Made by a program: the position numbers and the translations under genes. The notes under the pieces are model-generated. The model had not been told where the DNA came from. It saw nothing but the letters and a program-made list of their open reading frames with translations, and made no database searches. 64,000 bases of DNA from Ruthenibacterium lactatiformans (lineage in GTDB: Bacteria; Actinomycetota; Coriobacteriia; Coriobacteriales; QAMH01): contig CAVECB010000002.1 in NCBI GenBank assembly GCA_963614215.1, positions 18,055-82,054 of the forward strand, in the 5' to 3' direction. This document shows, one piece after another, positions 52,556 to 61,263 of the stretch. Numbering within the stretch: position 1 is the stretch's first letter; each line of letters opens with the position of its first letter.

Positions 52556-54931
52556 CTACACCAGCTCTCCGAATTTGTCCCAAATCTCTTGCATGTCCGT
52601 GTCGTAGCTCTCGGCGATGGGCTCAATCTTGCACACGAGGCACTTGTTCGGCGCGCCGAAGCCGAGCTTGCCGAAGTGGAAGTTCGGCAGCAGGTTGTTG
52701 ATGTTGGACCGGAAGTTGCCGTAGAGGTTGGGCTCGTTGCCGTCTTCTTCGGGGAACCACCACGCGTGCTGCGAGTGCACGGTCTTCTCGTCCACGATCT
52801 CGCTTACGCGCGCCTTTTGCACGCACTCGCCGAAGGGACTGGTCAGACGCACCCACTGGCCGTCGGCGATGCCATATTTTTGCGCCGTGGCCGGGTTGAT
52901 CTCGGTGATGGGGTCGGGGTTCAGCTCGCGCAGGCGGGCAATTTGGCGGTGCTCCGAGTGGAAAAATGCCGTCGTGCGCGCGCCGGTCGTCAGGATGAGG
53001 GGGTATTCCTTCATCAGCTCCGGGTCGGCAGGCCCAAACTCCGGCTCCTCGTAGTAGGGCAGCGGGTCTTCACCGAACTGGTTGAAGGCGGTCGACCACA
53101 GCTCGATGCGGCCCGTCGGGGTCTCGAAGCCGGGGTTGCCGTCCTGGCGCATCTCTCCGCGCTCGTACTTGTAGTAGTCCACGGGGATCTGGCACACGAC
53201 GTTTTCGGCCACCTTGTCGAAGTACTCGCCGTTTTGGCGCTCGCCCAGGCGCAGCGCCTCCATGAACTCCTTGGCGCTGCGGAACTTGAACTCGTTGTCC
53301 CACAGCTCGGGGCGCAGTTTCCTGCCCAGCTCGTAGCACAGCTCATAGTCGGTCTTGCAGTCGCCCACCTCGATGGCTTCGTGCATGAAGCCCGCCGTGA
53401 CGGTGCAGGGCGCATAGTGGGTGAAAACGGTTCCATCGCGCTCGGCCACGGTCTTCAGCGGCAAGAAGATGTCGCAAGAGGCCTCGATGGAGGGGTTCAT
53501 GAAGGTGTCGAAGCCGATGCAGAATTCCAGCGACTTCACGATGGCGTCATGCCAGCGCTTGGGCTCCATGGACGTGCAACTCATCAGGTTGTTGCCCGCA
53601 TAAAAGCCCATCTTCACCGGATAGGGCTCTTCGGTCTCCAGCGCCTTGAGCATGAGGTCGGCGTGCGCGTTCAAGATAATCATGCAGTAGGCCGGGTATT
53701 CCGCCAGGCCGATCATCTTAGCCTGCAGATCGTCGCCCACGCCCTTCTCGAAGCCAAAGCCCGACTCGTTGTGGCCGGCGCCCGTACCCGGCAGTATCTG
53801 GCCGCCCGGCACGTCGAGGTTGCCCGTGATGGCCATGAGGTCGACCGTCACCTGGCCTTGCTGCATGCCGTTGGTCTTCTGGTCGGCGGCCAGGCCCCAC
53901 TGTATGGCGCCCGGCTTGGCGGTGGCGTACATGCGCGCGGCACGGTAGATGTCCTCGACGGGCACGCCGCAAATCTCGGCGGCCTTCTCCGCTGGCATGT
54001 CCTTCACCCGCTCGGCCAGCTCGTCAAAGCCGTAGCACCAGTACTCGACGAAGTCGTGATCGTAGAGGTCTTCGGAGATGATGATGTTGAGCATGGCCAT
54101 GCCGAGCGCCGTGTCGGTGCCGGCACGCAGCTGCAGGTGGATGTCGGCGCGCGCGGCCAGCCAAGTCACGCGCGGGTCGATGACGATCAGGCGCGTGCCG
54201 CGGCGCATCGCATCCACGACCGCATGCCCGAAAAAGCCGTCCGGATTGGACTCGAGCGGCGCCTTGCCCCAGACCACGAGCACCTCGGTCTGGTCGTAGC
54301 GCTCGTCGTCCCAGCGCCCGGGCAGCGCGCCGGCGTAGTCCCACTCGGGATAGGTCGTGCCACCGATATAGGCGATGGCGGCCAGACGCGGCGTATAGCA
54401 GGCGTAGCCGGACTGCGAGTAGCAGAAGTTCGGGGTGCCGAAGCACATGGTGCCGTACGGGGCGAAGGTGCCGCCCTCACGCCCAGTGCCGGCAAAGACC
54501 ACGATGGACTCGCGCCCGTATTTGCCGGTGATGCGGTCGTACTCGCTTTTGATGATGTCGAAGGCCTCGTCCCAGGAAATCTGCTCCCAGGCATCGGCGT
54601 CGCCCCTCTTCTTTGGGTCGCGCTTCATCGGGTGCAGCAGGCGCGCCGGATTGTAGATGTAGTCTTTGAGCGCGATGCACCTCGGGCACAGGCGGCCTTG
54701 GGTCACCGGGTTGTTCTCGTCGCCCTCGACGCGGACGAGCTTGCCGTCGCCGTCCACGTACAGCTTCAGCCCGCAGCCCACCGGATGGCATCCCGGCGGC
54801 GACCAGGGGCTCGTGCGCGTGACGGTCAGGCCGTCTTCCTCGTAGCGCCACGGCTTGCCGATGTCGTTGTTATCCGACAAGGTGTCGAGTTTCACGACCT
54901 CGGCTCTCTTGTAGAACGGATCTTCACTCAT
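52556..54931 (-). CDS. Molybdopterin (bis-MGD) oxidoreductase catalytic subunit, cytoplasmic, paralogue 1
   Basis: 791 aa, DMSO-reductase-superfamily layout. N-terminal Cys cluster PGCHPVGCG...GRLCPRC. No twin-arginine signal. Confidence 0.8.
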   Translation of the reverse strand: MSEDPFYKRAEVVKLDTLSDNNDIGKPWRYEEDGLTVTRTSPWSPPGCHPVGCGLKLYVDGDGKLVRVEGDENNPVTQGRLCPRCIALKDYIYNPARLLHPMKRDPKKRGDADAWEQISWDEAFDIIKSEYDRITGKYGRESIVVFAGTGREGGTFAPYGTMCFGTPNFCYSQSGYACYTPRLAAIAYIGGTTYPEWDYAGALPGRWDDERYDQTEVLVVWGKAPLESNPDGFFGHAVVDAMRRGTRLIVIDPRVTWLAARADIHLQLRAGTDTALGMAMLNIIISEDLYDHDFVEYWCYGFDELAERVKDMPAEKAAEICGVPVEDIYRAARMYATAKPGAIQWGLAADQKTNGMQQGQVTVDLMAITGNLDVPGGQILPGTGAGHNESGFGFEKGVGDDLQAKMIGLAEYPAYCMIILNAHADLMLKALETEEPYPVKMGFYAGNNLMSCTSMEPKRWHDAIVKSLEFCIGFDTFMNPSIEASCDIFLPLKTVAERDGTVFTHYAPCTVTAGFMHEAIEVGDCKTDYELCYELGRKLRPELWDNEFKFRSAKEFMEALRLGERQNGEYFDKVAENVVCQIPVDYYKYERGEMRQDGNPGFETPTGRIELWSTAFNQFGEDPLPYYEEPEFGPADPELMKEYPLILTTGARTTAFFHSEHRQIARLRELNPDPITEINPATAQKYGIADGQWVRLTSPFGECVQKARVSEIVDEKTVHSQHAWWFPEEDGNEPNLYGNFRSNINNLLPNFHFGKLGFGAPNKCLVCKIEPIAESYDTDMQEIWDKFGELV

Positions 54932-54970
54932 AGCGTGCTCCTCTCTTTTTTAGCTCTCTCGTTTCCCTCG

Positions 54971-55032
54971 ACAAAGGGGCGGCTCGCGCCCGCAAAGCGC
55001 CTTGCAAACGCACGCACGTGCGGCGCCGCCCC
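54971..55032 (-). terminator. Structured inverted repeat between molybdoenzyme genes 2 and 1
   Basis: On the minus strand: GGGGCGGC, then 41 nt with internal palindromes, then GCCGCCCC followed by UUUGU. It starts 14 nt after the stop of gene 2. Confidence 0.3.
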
Positions 55033-55046
55033 GTATGTCCTTAGCC

Positions 55047-57614
55047 TCAGGCGCCCACGGGCTGGCCGGTCTTTAAGTCGCGGCGCTGGCCCGTCGCAGG
55101 GTCGGTCAACCAGTTCGTGAGCGGGTCGTAGGTCTGTCCGGCATCAAGCGCCTCGTGGTAGGCCTCTATCTCGTCGGCGCGCGGCGAGGGCACCTTCGTG
55201 TACCAGGGGAAGTTGCCCGTCTCGGCGATCTGCTCGTAGGGCATCTTGTCGCCGTCTTTCACGGGATAGATCTTGCAGATCATCGACTTGATGGGAGAGC
55301 CCACGCCGCCTTGCCCGGTGACGAAGGCCTTCGTGCAGTTGTTGGGGTTGGACTCGAAGGTGCCGAACAGATACGGCGCAGCAGGCTCGGTCTCGGGGAA
55401 CCACCACCCGTGCTCGGCATGCACCGTGTTTTCGTTCACCTGCTTGGTGACCTTGGCCACCTGCTTGAAGCGTCCGTGGTCGTTTTCAATCCAAATCCAC
55501 TGGCCGTCCTCGATGCCGTATTTCTCGGCCGTCTTGGGGTTGACCATGCACAAAGGCTGCGGGTGCAGCTCGCGCATCGTGGGGAGCTGTCTGTGCTCGG
55601 AATGGAAGAACTCGAAGCTGCGCCCGCCGCAGGTCAAGATGAGGGGGTATTCCTCCATCAGCTCCGGCGTCGAGATGGGCCCTTCGGGCGGCTCGGTGTG
55701 AAACGGCGTGGTGGAAAGGCCCCAGTGGGTGTAGAGCATCGGGGCCAGCTCCAGACGCCCAGACGGCGTGCCGTAGCCGATCGAGCCGTCGGGTCTGAAC
55801 ATGCCCTTGGCTGCTTTGTTGTAGGTGCCGTTGAACTCGTCGTAGGAATGTCCCAGCATCGACGGGTCTTTCACCAGCTCCTCCCAGTCGGCGGTAAACA
55901 GCGTCTTGCCGGAGTTTTTCGCGCCGCCTTGGTCGGTTGCCTCGGTCGTGGCCGAAAACGAGCCGGTGCCGTCGTGCAGGTACCAGTTCAGCCAATCGAT
56001 GTCGGTCTCCCACTGGTCGAAGACCTCGGGGTTTAGCCGCTTGCCCAGATCGAGGATGATCTGCTCATCGGATTTGGCCTCGTAGAAGTCGGAGACCTTG
56101 ATCATCGCGCGGCACGGGCTCCACCAGGTGCGCGCCGAGTTGCGCTCGGCCGACATGGCCACCGGCAAGATAATGTCGGCTAGGGCCACCGAGGTCGGGG
56201 TGATGTAGGGGTCGGCGTTCACGATGAAGGGAATCTTCTTCATGGCGGCCATGACGCGCGGCGAGTCCTGGCTCGGGCACGACAGGGTATTCGACGACTG
56301 GATCCACATCATCTTGATGGGATAGGGGAACTCGTCTTCGATGGCCTGGAGCAAGCCGTCGGAAGATGCATGCGCCACGAAGTCGCCGCCTTCTATGGAT
56401 AAGGCGAAGTTGTTGTTGAGCTTTTTCAGGCGCCACTCTTCGGGCGTGAGGTTTTCGCCGGAGGCATACCCCGCATTGATCTCGAAAGCGTTGTGCACCA
56501 AGATGTTGCCGCCCGGCACATCTACGTTGCCGCATATGGCCATGAGGTCGCAGCCGGCCAGGCACAGCGCCATGGCGGAAAGCTGCTGGTCGAAGGCCAA
56601 GCCCCACTGGATGGCGCCCGGCTTGGCAGACGCGTACAGGCGCGCCGACCCGCGTATGTCCTCGGCAGACAGCCCGCAGATCTTCGAGGCCCATTCGGGC
56701 GTCGTCTCCTTCACCGATTCGGCCAACTCGTCGAAACCGGCGCACCAGTAGTCGATGTACTCCTGGTCGTAGAGGCCCTCGGAGATGATTACGTTCAACC
56801 ACGCGCAGGCCAGCGCCGCATCCGTGCCCGGGCGTATCTGCAGCCAGTAGTCGGCACGCGCGCCCCACCAGGTGAGCCGCGGGTCGATGGAGATGATCTT
56901 CGTCCCCATCTGCACGCACTGCACGAGCCAGTGCCCGATGTAGCCGTCGGCATTAGAAGCGAGCGGCTCGTTACCCCACACCACCAGCACCTCGGGCGGC
57001 ACCCACTCCTCGTTGTTGTAGCGGTCTGGGTGCGTCTCAGAAGCGTCCACGATGGGAAAGTCGCCAAAGGGCGCAATCGAGCCGCAAATGCGCGGCATGT
57101 AGCAGGCAAAGCCAGTAAAGCCGAAGGTCGAGATGTTGGGCGTCTTCAGCGCGGCCTGCCCGAAGAAGGGTACCTGCCAGTTGATGTTGCGCCCGGTGCC
57201 GTGCACGCAGATAATCGCGTTGCCGCCATCGGTTTCCCAGATGTCCTTGACCCGCTTCTCAATCTCGTCGTAGGCCTCGTCCCAGGTGATGCGCTCCCAC
57301 TTGTTCTCGCCACGCTCGCCTACGCGCCGCATGGGGTACTTCAGGCGATCGGGGTGGTTGATGGACTCGACGAGCGTCAGGCACTTGATGCACAGCTTGC
57401 CGTTCGTGCACGGGTCGAGCGGGTCTCCCTCCACCCGCACGACCTTGCCCGTCTCGTCGTCGACGTAGATGAGGATGCCGCAGGAGGTGTGGCAGCCCGG
57501 GGGCGAGTAGTGGTAGGTGCGCGTGACGGTGCACCCATCTTCCTTCCACTGCCACTCCCCCTCGTGGTAGGCCTTGCGGTCCACCCCGTCGAGGAATTCT
57601 TGGTAGTCAGCCAT
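55047..57614 (-). CDS. Molybdopterin (bis-MGD) oxidoreductase catalytic subunit, cytoplasmic, paralogue 2
   Basis: 855 aa. MADYQEFLDGVDRKAYHEGEWQW..., PGCHTSCG...GKLCIKC. No TAT signal. Confidence 0.8.
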   Translation of the reverse strand: MADYQEFLDGVDRKAYHEGEWQWKEDGCTVTRTYHYSPPGCHTSCGILIYVDDETGKVVRVEGDPLDPCTNGKLCIKCLTLVESINHPDRLKYPMRRVGERGENKWERITWDEAYDEIEKRVKDIWETDGGNAIICVHGTGRNINWQVPFFGQAALKTPNISTFGFTGFACYMPRICGSIAPFGDFPIVDASETHPDRYNNEEWVPPEVLVVWGNEPLASNADGYIGHWLVQCVQMGTKIISIDPRLTWWGARADYWLQIRPGTDAALACAWLNVIISEGLYDQEYIDYWCAGFDELAESVKETTPEWASKICGLSAEDIRGSARLYASAKPGAIQWGLAFDQQLSAMALCLAGCDLMAICGNVDVPGGNILVHNAFEINAGYASGENLTPEEWRLKKLNNNFALSIEGGDFVAHASSDGLLQAIEDEFPYPIKMMWIQSSNTLSCPSQDSPRVMAAMKKIPFIVNADPYITPTSVALADIILPVAMSAERNSARTWWSPCRAMIKVSDFYEAKSDEQIILDLGKRLNPEVFDQWETDIDWLNWYLHDGTGSFSATTEATDQGGAKNSGKTLFTADWEELVKDPSMLGHSYDEFNGTYNKAAKGMFRPDGSIGYGTPSGRLELAPMLYTHWGLSTTPFHTEPPEGPISTPELMEEYPLILTCGGRSFEFFHSEHRQLPTMRELHPQPLCMVNPKTAEKYGIEDGQWIWIENDHGRFKQVAKVTKQVNENTVHAEHGWWFPETEPAAPYLFGTFESNPNNCTKAFVTGQGGVGSPIKSMICKIYPVKDGDKMPYEQIAETGNFPWYTKVPSPRADEIEAYHEALDAGQTYDPLTNWLTDPATGQRRDLKTGQPVGA

Positions 57615-57687
57615 TTTTTCCGTCCTTTCTCTCTCGATGAATCTCTCTATGCACTCGCGCGCGACGCGAAAAGGGTCCTCTTACGGG

Positions 57688-58932
57688 CTATTCCCAACGT
57701 GCGCGGAGTTTCTTCTTTTGGGACAGGGCTATGGCCACGAGCACGGCACAGGCGGCCAGGATGCCGACGCCTGCCAAAAACGAACCGATGTAGCTGCCCG
57801 TGAAGTCGTAGCAGGCACCCACCGCGGCGGCGCCGAAGCAGCCGATGATGCCCGACATGCGCGAGTACGACAGAATCTGGGCGAAGTCCTTTTTGCCGAA
57901 CAGCTCGGATATGAGGGTCGGCACCGAGATGGTGATGATGACCGAGTTCATCCCGAAGACAAACGCGGCCACGACCAGCGGCAGCTCGGCTTGGAAAAAG
58001 CAAAAGCCCAGAAGCGACAGCGCCGTGACGGCCAAAGTGATGTAGGTTGAGGCGGCGACGCCTATCTTGTCGGTGACCCAGCCCATGACGAGCGTGGCCA
58101 CGACGTAGCCCAGCTGCGCAAGCGAGAGTATCCCCGCGCCGAACGCAGCGGAATACCCGATGGACTCGGCAAAGCCGGGCAGGTGGTTGTTGTAGCCGGA
58201 AAACAGCGCCTCAATGCCCGCGTAGAGAAACACGCAGACAAAGGCGATGGTGGCGACGGCCTGCTTGGCGGGGATGCCCTTGGCCTTTGCCGCGGCCGCG
58301 TCCAGCTCGGCGGCCTTTTCCGCCCCGTAGGGTTCAAGCCCCAGCTCGGCGGGGTGCAGGCGAAACACATGAATGGTCCAAGGCAAGACCAAAACGCAGA
58401 TGATCACGGCGATGGCGACATAGGACATGCGCCAGCCAATCGTCTCGATGAGGAAGTTGCCCAGGATAGGAAAGACCACGCCGCCTATCCCAGAGCCGCA
58501 CATGGCGATGCCGAGGGCGGTGCCGCGCTTGTCCACGAACCAGTTCTCTATCAAGACCGTAGAGGCGACAACGAAGACGAGCGCTCCGGCCACCCCCAAG
58601 ACGACGCCTGCCGCGTACCATTGCCACAGCTCGGAGAACAGCCCCATGGCGGCCTCCGTCGCCGCGAGGACCAAAAAACACCCCGTGAGAAACTTGCGGA
58701 AGTCCCATCTGGGCAAAAAGCGCGCCACGAGCGGGTAGGTGAAGGTCGTGGCAACAAAATAGAAGGTCAGATACAGCGCGAGCGCGCCACGGTCGAACCC
58801 CAGGTCCTCACAGACAGGCACGTAGAATATGCCGCCGGAGTTCATGATCGCACCCAGCGCCCCTGCCTGCAGAAAACAGCAGCCGATCATGATCTTCCAG
58901 GCATAGTGCATGCCCTGCTTCTTTTCAGTCAT
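57688..58932 (-). CDS. MFS transporter (OFA/monocarboxylate-like)
   Basis: 414 aa from the ATG at 58932. It has 12 TM-like segments and the IGCCFLQAG motif. Confidence 0.8.
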   Translation of the reverse strand: MTEKKQGMHYAWKIMIGCCFLQAGALGAIMNSGGIFYVPVCEDLGFDRGALALYLTFYFVATTFTYPLVARFLPRWDFRKFLTGCFLVLAATEAAMGLFSELWQWYAAGVVLGVAGALVFVVASTVLIENWFVDKRGTALGIAMCGSGIGGVVFPILGNFLIETIGWRMSYVAIAVIICVLVLPWTIHVFRLHPAELGLEPYGAEKAAELDAAAAKAKGIPAKQAVATIAFVCVFLYAGIEALFSGYNNHLPGFAESIGYSAAFGAGILSLAQLGYVVATLVMGWVTDKIGVAASTYITLAVTALSLLGFCFFQAELPLVVAAFVFGMNSVIITISVPTLISELFGKKDFAQILSYSRMSGIIGCFGAAAVGACYDFTGSYIGSFLAGVGILAACAVLVAIALSQKKKLRARWE

Positions 58933-59240
58933 AACGCAACTCACCCCTTTGAAAATGCCGCACGGCGCCCCCGCGCCCCCTCTTTGAAAAGGGCGACTCA
59001 CTGCTCAAGCGGTGTGCGGCAGGTCTTTGTCTTCGGGAACTAGTTCGGCATGAACCACATGCGGGAGGGCAGATGCAGCCCCGTCTCGCGTGCGAACGCG
59101 CCCAAAACGCGTCTTTCACAGATCTTCATCGAACGCGCCTCCTCTTTTTTCTCTCCCACGAAAACGGGCAGCTCGCGCAGGTGCCCTGCCGAAAGCGGGC
59201 AAGGGGCGCCCGCGCGAACCGCAAGCCCGATGAGACGCTT

Positions 59241-60500
59241 TTAGGCCTCCCAGTGGGCTTTCTTGGTCTTTGCAGCCAGCGCGGCCGAAACCAAGATGAG
59301 GACCAAAGTCAGAGCGAACACGACGGCGCCAACGGTGAAGGCACCGGAGTAGCTGCCCGTAGAGGTGTAGAACATGGCGATGATGGGAGCGCCGAACGCG
59401 CCGCCCAGGCCGACGCCCATCATGGCGTAGGACAAGACCTTGTCGAAGCATTTCTCGCCGAAGTTGTTGCGCACGAGCATCGGCACCGAGATGGTGACGA
59501 TGGCGTTGTTCATGCCGAAGAAGAACGCGGTCACGGCCATCATGACCTCGTTTTTCGCGACGTAGGCCCAGAACAAGAACATGACCACCGTCAGCAGGAA
59601 CAAGAAAATGGTGACGGGTTTGAAGCCGAACTTGTCGCACAGATAGCCGCCGGCAAGCGATGCGATGATGTAGCCGACCTGCAGGCAAATCATCAGCGTC
59701 GCGGAGAAGGTGGCGGCATCAGCGCCGAGCACCTCGAGGCAGTTGGCCTGGATGTAGGAGTTGAAGCCACCGGGGAACGAGCAGCCGATGCAGGCGACCA
59801 TCATCACGATGAACGCGGCAGAACCCAAGACGTACTTCAGGGGCACGCCTGCCTTGCCGGACGCCGAGCCCTCGTCGAGCATGGCGCCGTAGGGCTCAAG
59901 CCCGCTCTTGGAGGGGTCGGTGGAAAAGACCGTGAGCGAGAAGATGAGGATGAGCAAGACGAGAATCGCGTTCACGTAGTAGACACCCTGCCAGCTGATC
60001 GTCTGGAAAAGCTGGGTGAAGACCAGCGGGAAAATGGCGCCGCCGATACCGGAGAAGAGGTTGGCGATGCCCAAGTAGCGCCCGGCAACCGCCGAGCCGA
60101 ACCAGGAGTTGATCAGCAACGGGCACGCGTAAATGAAGAACTGGCCTCCGAACAAGCCGAGCACGATGCCCAGTGCGGAGAACTGCCAGGTCCAATCGGG
60201 CGTGGCAAAGGTAAATCCGACGAGCGCTGCCGCCACGACTATAACGTCGATGGAGAGGAACAGCTTGGTGTTTTTCGGCAACAAGATGCCGCCAAGGAAA
60301 GTGCCGACCAGCGCGGCGATGCCGTACATGCTAATCCACATGGCAAACGCCACCATGTCGACGCCTGCCTTGACGGGGACGAACGCGAAGTACGCGGACG
60401 ACGAGTTCAAGACCGTGCCCAAGGCGACCATCTGCATGAGGCAGCAGCCGACCAAGACGAGCATGGCCCTCTTCTTGCTTTTCTGTTGAATCTCGGACAT
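59241..60500 (-). CDS. MFS transporter (OFA/monocarboxylate-like)
   Basis: 419 aa from the ATG at 60500, with a perfect AAGGAGG RBS. It is a paralogue of 57688-58932. Confidence 0.8.
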   Translation of the reverse strand: MSEIQQKSKKRAMLVLVGCCLMQMVALGTVLNSSSAYFAFVPVKAGVDMVAFAMWISMYGIAALVGTFLGGILLPKNTKLFLSIDVIVVAAALVGFTFATPDWTWQFSALGIVLGLFGGQFFIYACPLLINSWFGSAVAGRYLGIANLFSGIGGAIFPLVFTQLFQTISWQGVYYVNAILVLLILIFSLTVFSTDPSKSGLEPYGAMLDEGSASGKAGVPLKYVLGSAAFIVMMVACIGCSFPGGFNSYIQANCLEVLGADAATFSATLMICLQVGYIIASLAGGYLCDKFGFKPVTIFLFLLTVVMFLFWAYVAKNEVMMAVTAFFFGMNNAIVTISVPMLVRNNFGEKCFDKVLSYAMMGVGLGGAFGAPIIAMFYTSTGSYSGAFTVGAVVFALTLVLILVSAALAAKTKKAHWEA

Positions 60501-60661
60501 GTTTCCTCCTTTGAACATGCGAACTTCCAGTGTCGATGCATATGTCTGGGGCGCGCTGCGGCTTCTTGGCCTTCTTCGGGGCTTTGCGCCCCGCCCCCTC
60601 CTTCCTTGAAAAAGCGGCCCTTGCGGCAGCGCGGCCTTTTAGATATCCAGCGTGCATGCTG

Positions 60662-60694
60662 CCCTTCTCGGCTTCCCAGACAAGCCGAGAAGGG
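60662..60694. other. Perfect 13-bp stem-loop in the intergenic region
   Basis: CCCTTCTCGGCTT-cccagac-AAGCCGAGAAGGG, between the ferredoxin and MFS genes. No T tract follows it on either strand. Confidence 0.6.
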
Positions 60695-60802
60695 ACTACC
60701 CGTGTCGTTTCACGCGACGAGACACGAACAGCAGGCGCACGCATTGAAACGGACGCGTGAGCGCTTTGAGGGAAGGCGCCGGTCCGACGAAACAGCTTGC
60801 TT

Positions 60803-61165
60803 TTACGACTCGATGGCTGTGGTGTAGAGCGCCCAGCGGGTCTTGCCGTCCATCTTCTTGACGAGCTCTTCGGCCTCGCCGTAGTACATGCACCACGCCT
60901 GGCAGTGCTGGACGCACATGGGCATCTTGCCCTTCTCGGTGCGCGAGGCGCACATGTCGCAGGCCTTGGTCAAGACGGGCAGCCAGCTCCACTCCCACTT
61001 ATCCTTGGGGCTCGCATCTCCGCGCGACTCATACTCGTAAGGCCCGGTCTCGCTCAGCTTGATGCCGAACTCGCCCTTGGGCAGGTCGAGTTCTTTTTTG
61101 CAGGCAACCTCGCAGGAGTGGCAGCCGGTGCAGTACTCGTAGTTGATGAGGATTCCCTTAGTCAT
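60803..61165 (-). CDS. 8-Cys ferredoxin-like electron-transfer subunit
   Basis: 120 aa with CTGCHSCEVAC, CDMCASR and PMCVQHC. Confidence 0.75.
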   Translation of the reverse strand: MTKGILINYEYCTGCHSCEVACKKELDLPKGEFGIKLSETGPYEYESRGDASPKDKWEWSWLPVLTKACDMCASRTEKGKMPMCVQHCQAWCMYYGEAEELVKKMDGKTRWALYTTAIES

Positions 61166-61263
61166 TTCGATAGCTCCTTCACGTATCGTTTCTTGCGGGT
61201 GGGGCTGCGGCGCTTTGCCTCATCGGTGTGCGCCGCAGCCCATACGGTGCGGTCGGGTTTGCC

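Noticed and set aside
60662-60694. The 13-bp perfect hairpin considered as a rho-independent terminator.
   Set aside because: No T/U tract follows it on either strand. I kept it only as an unexplained stem-loop feature.
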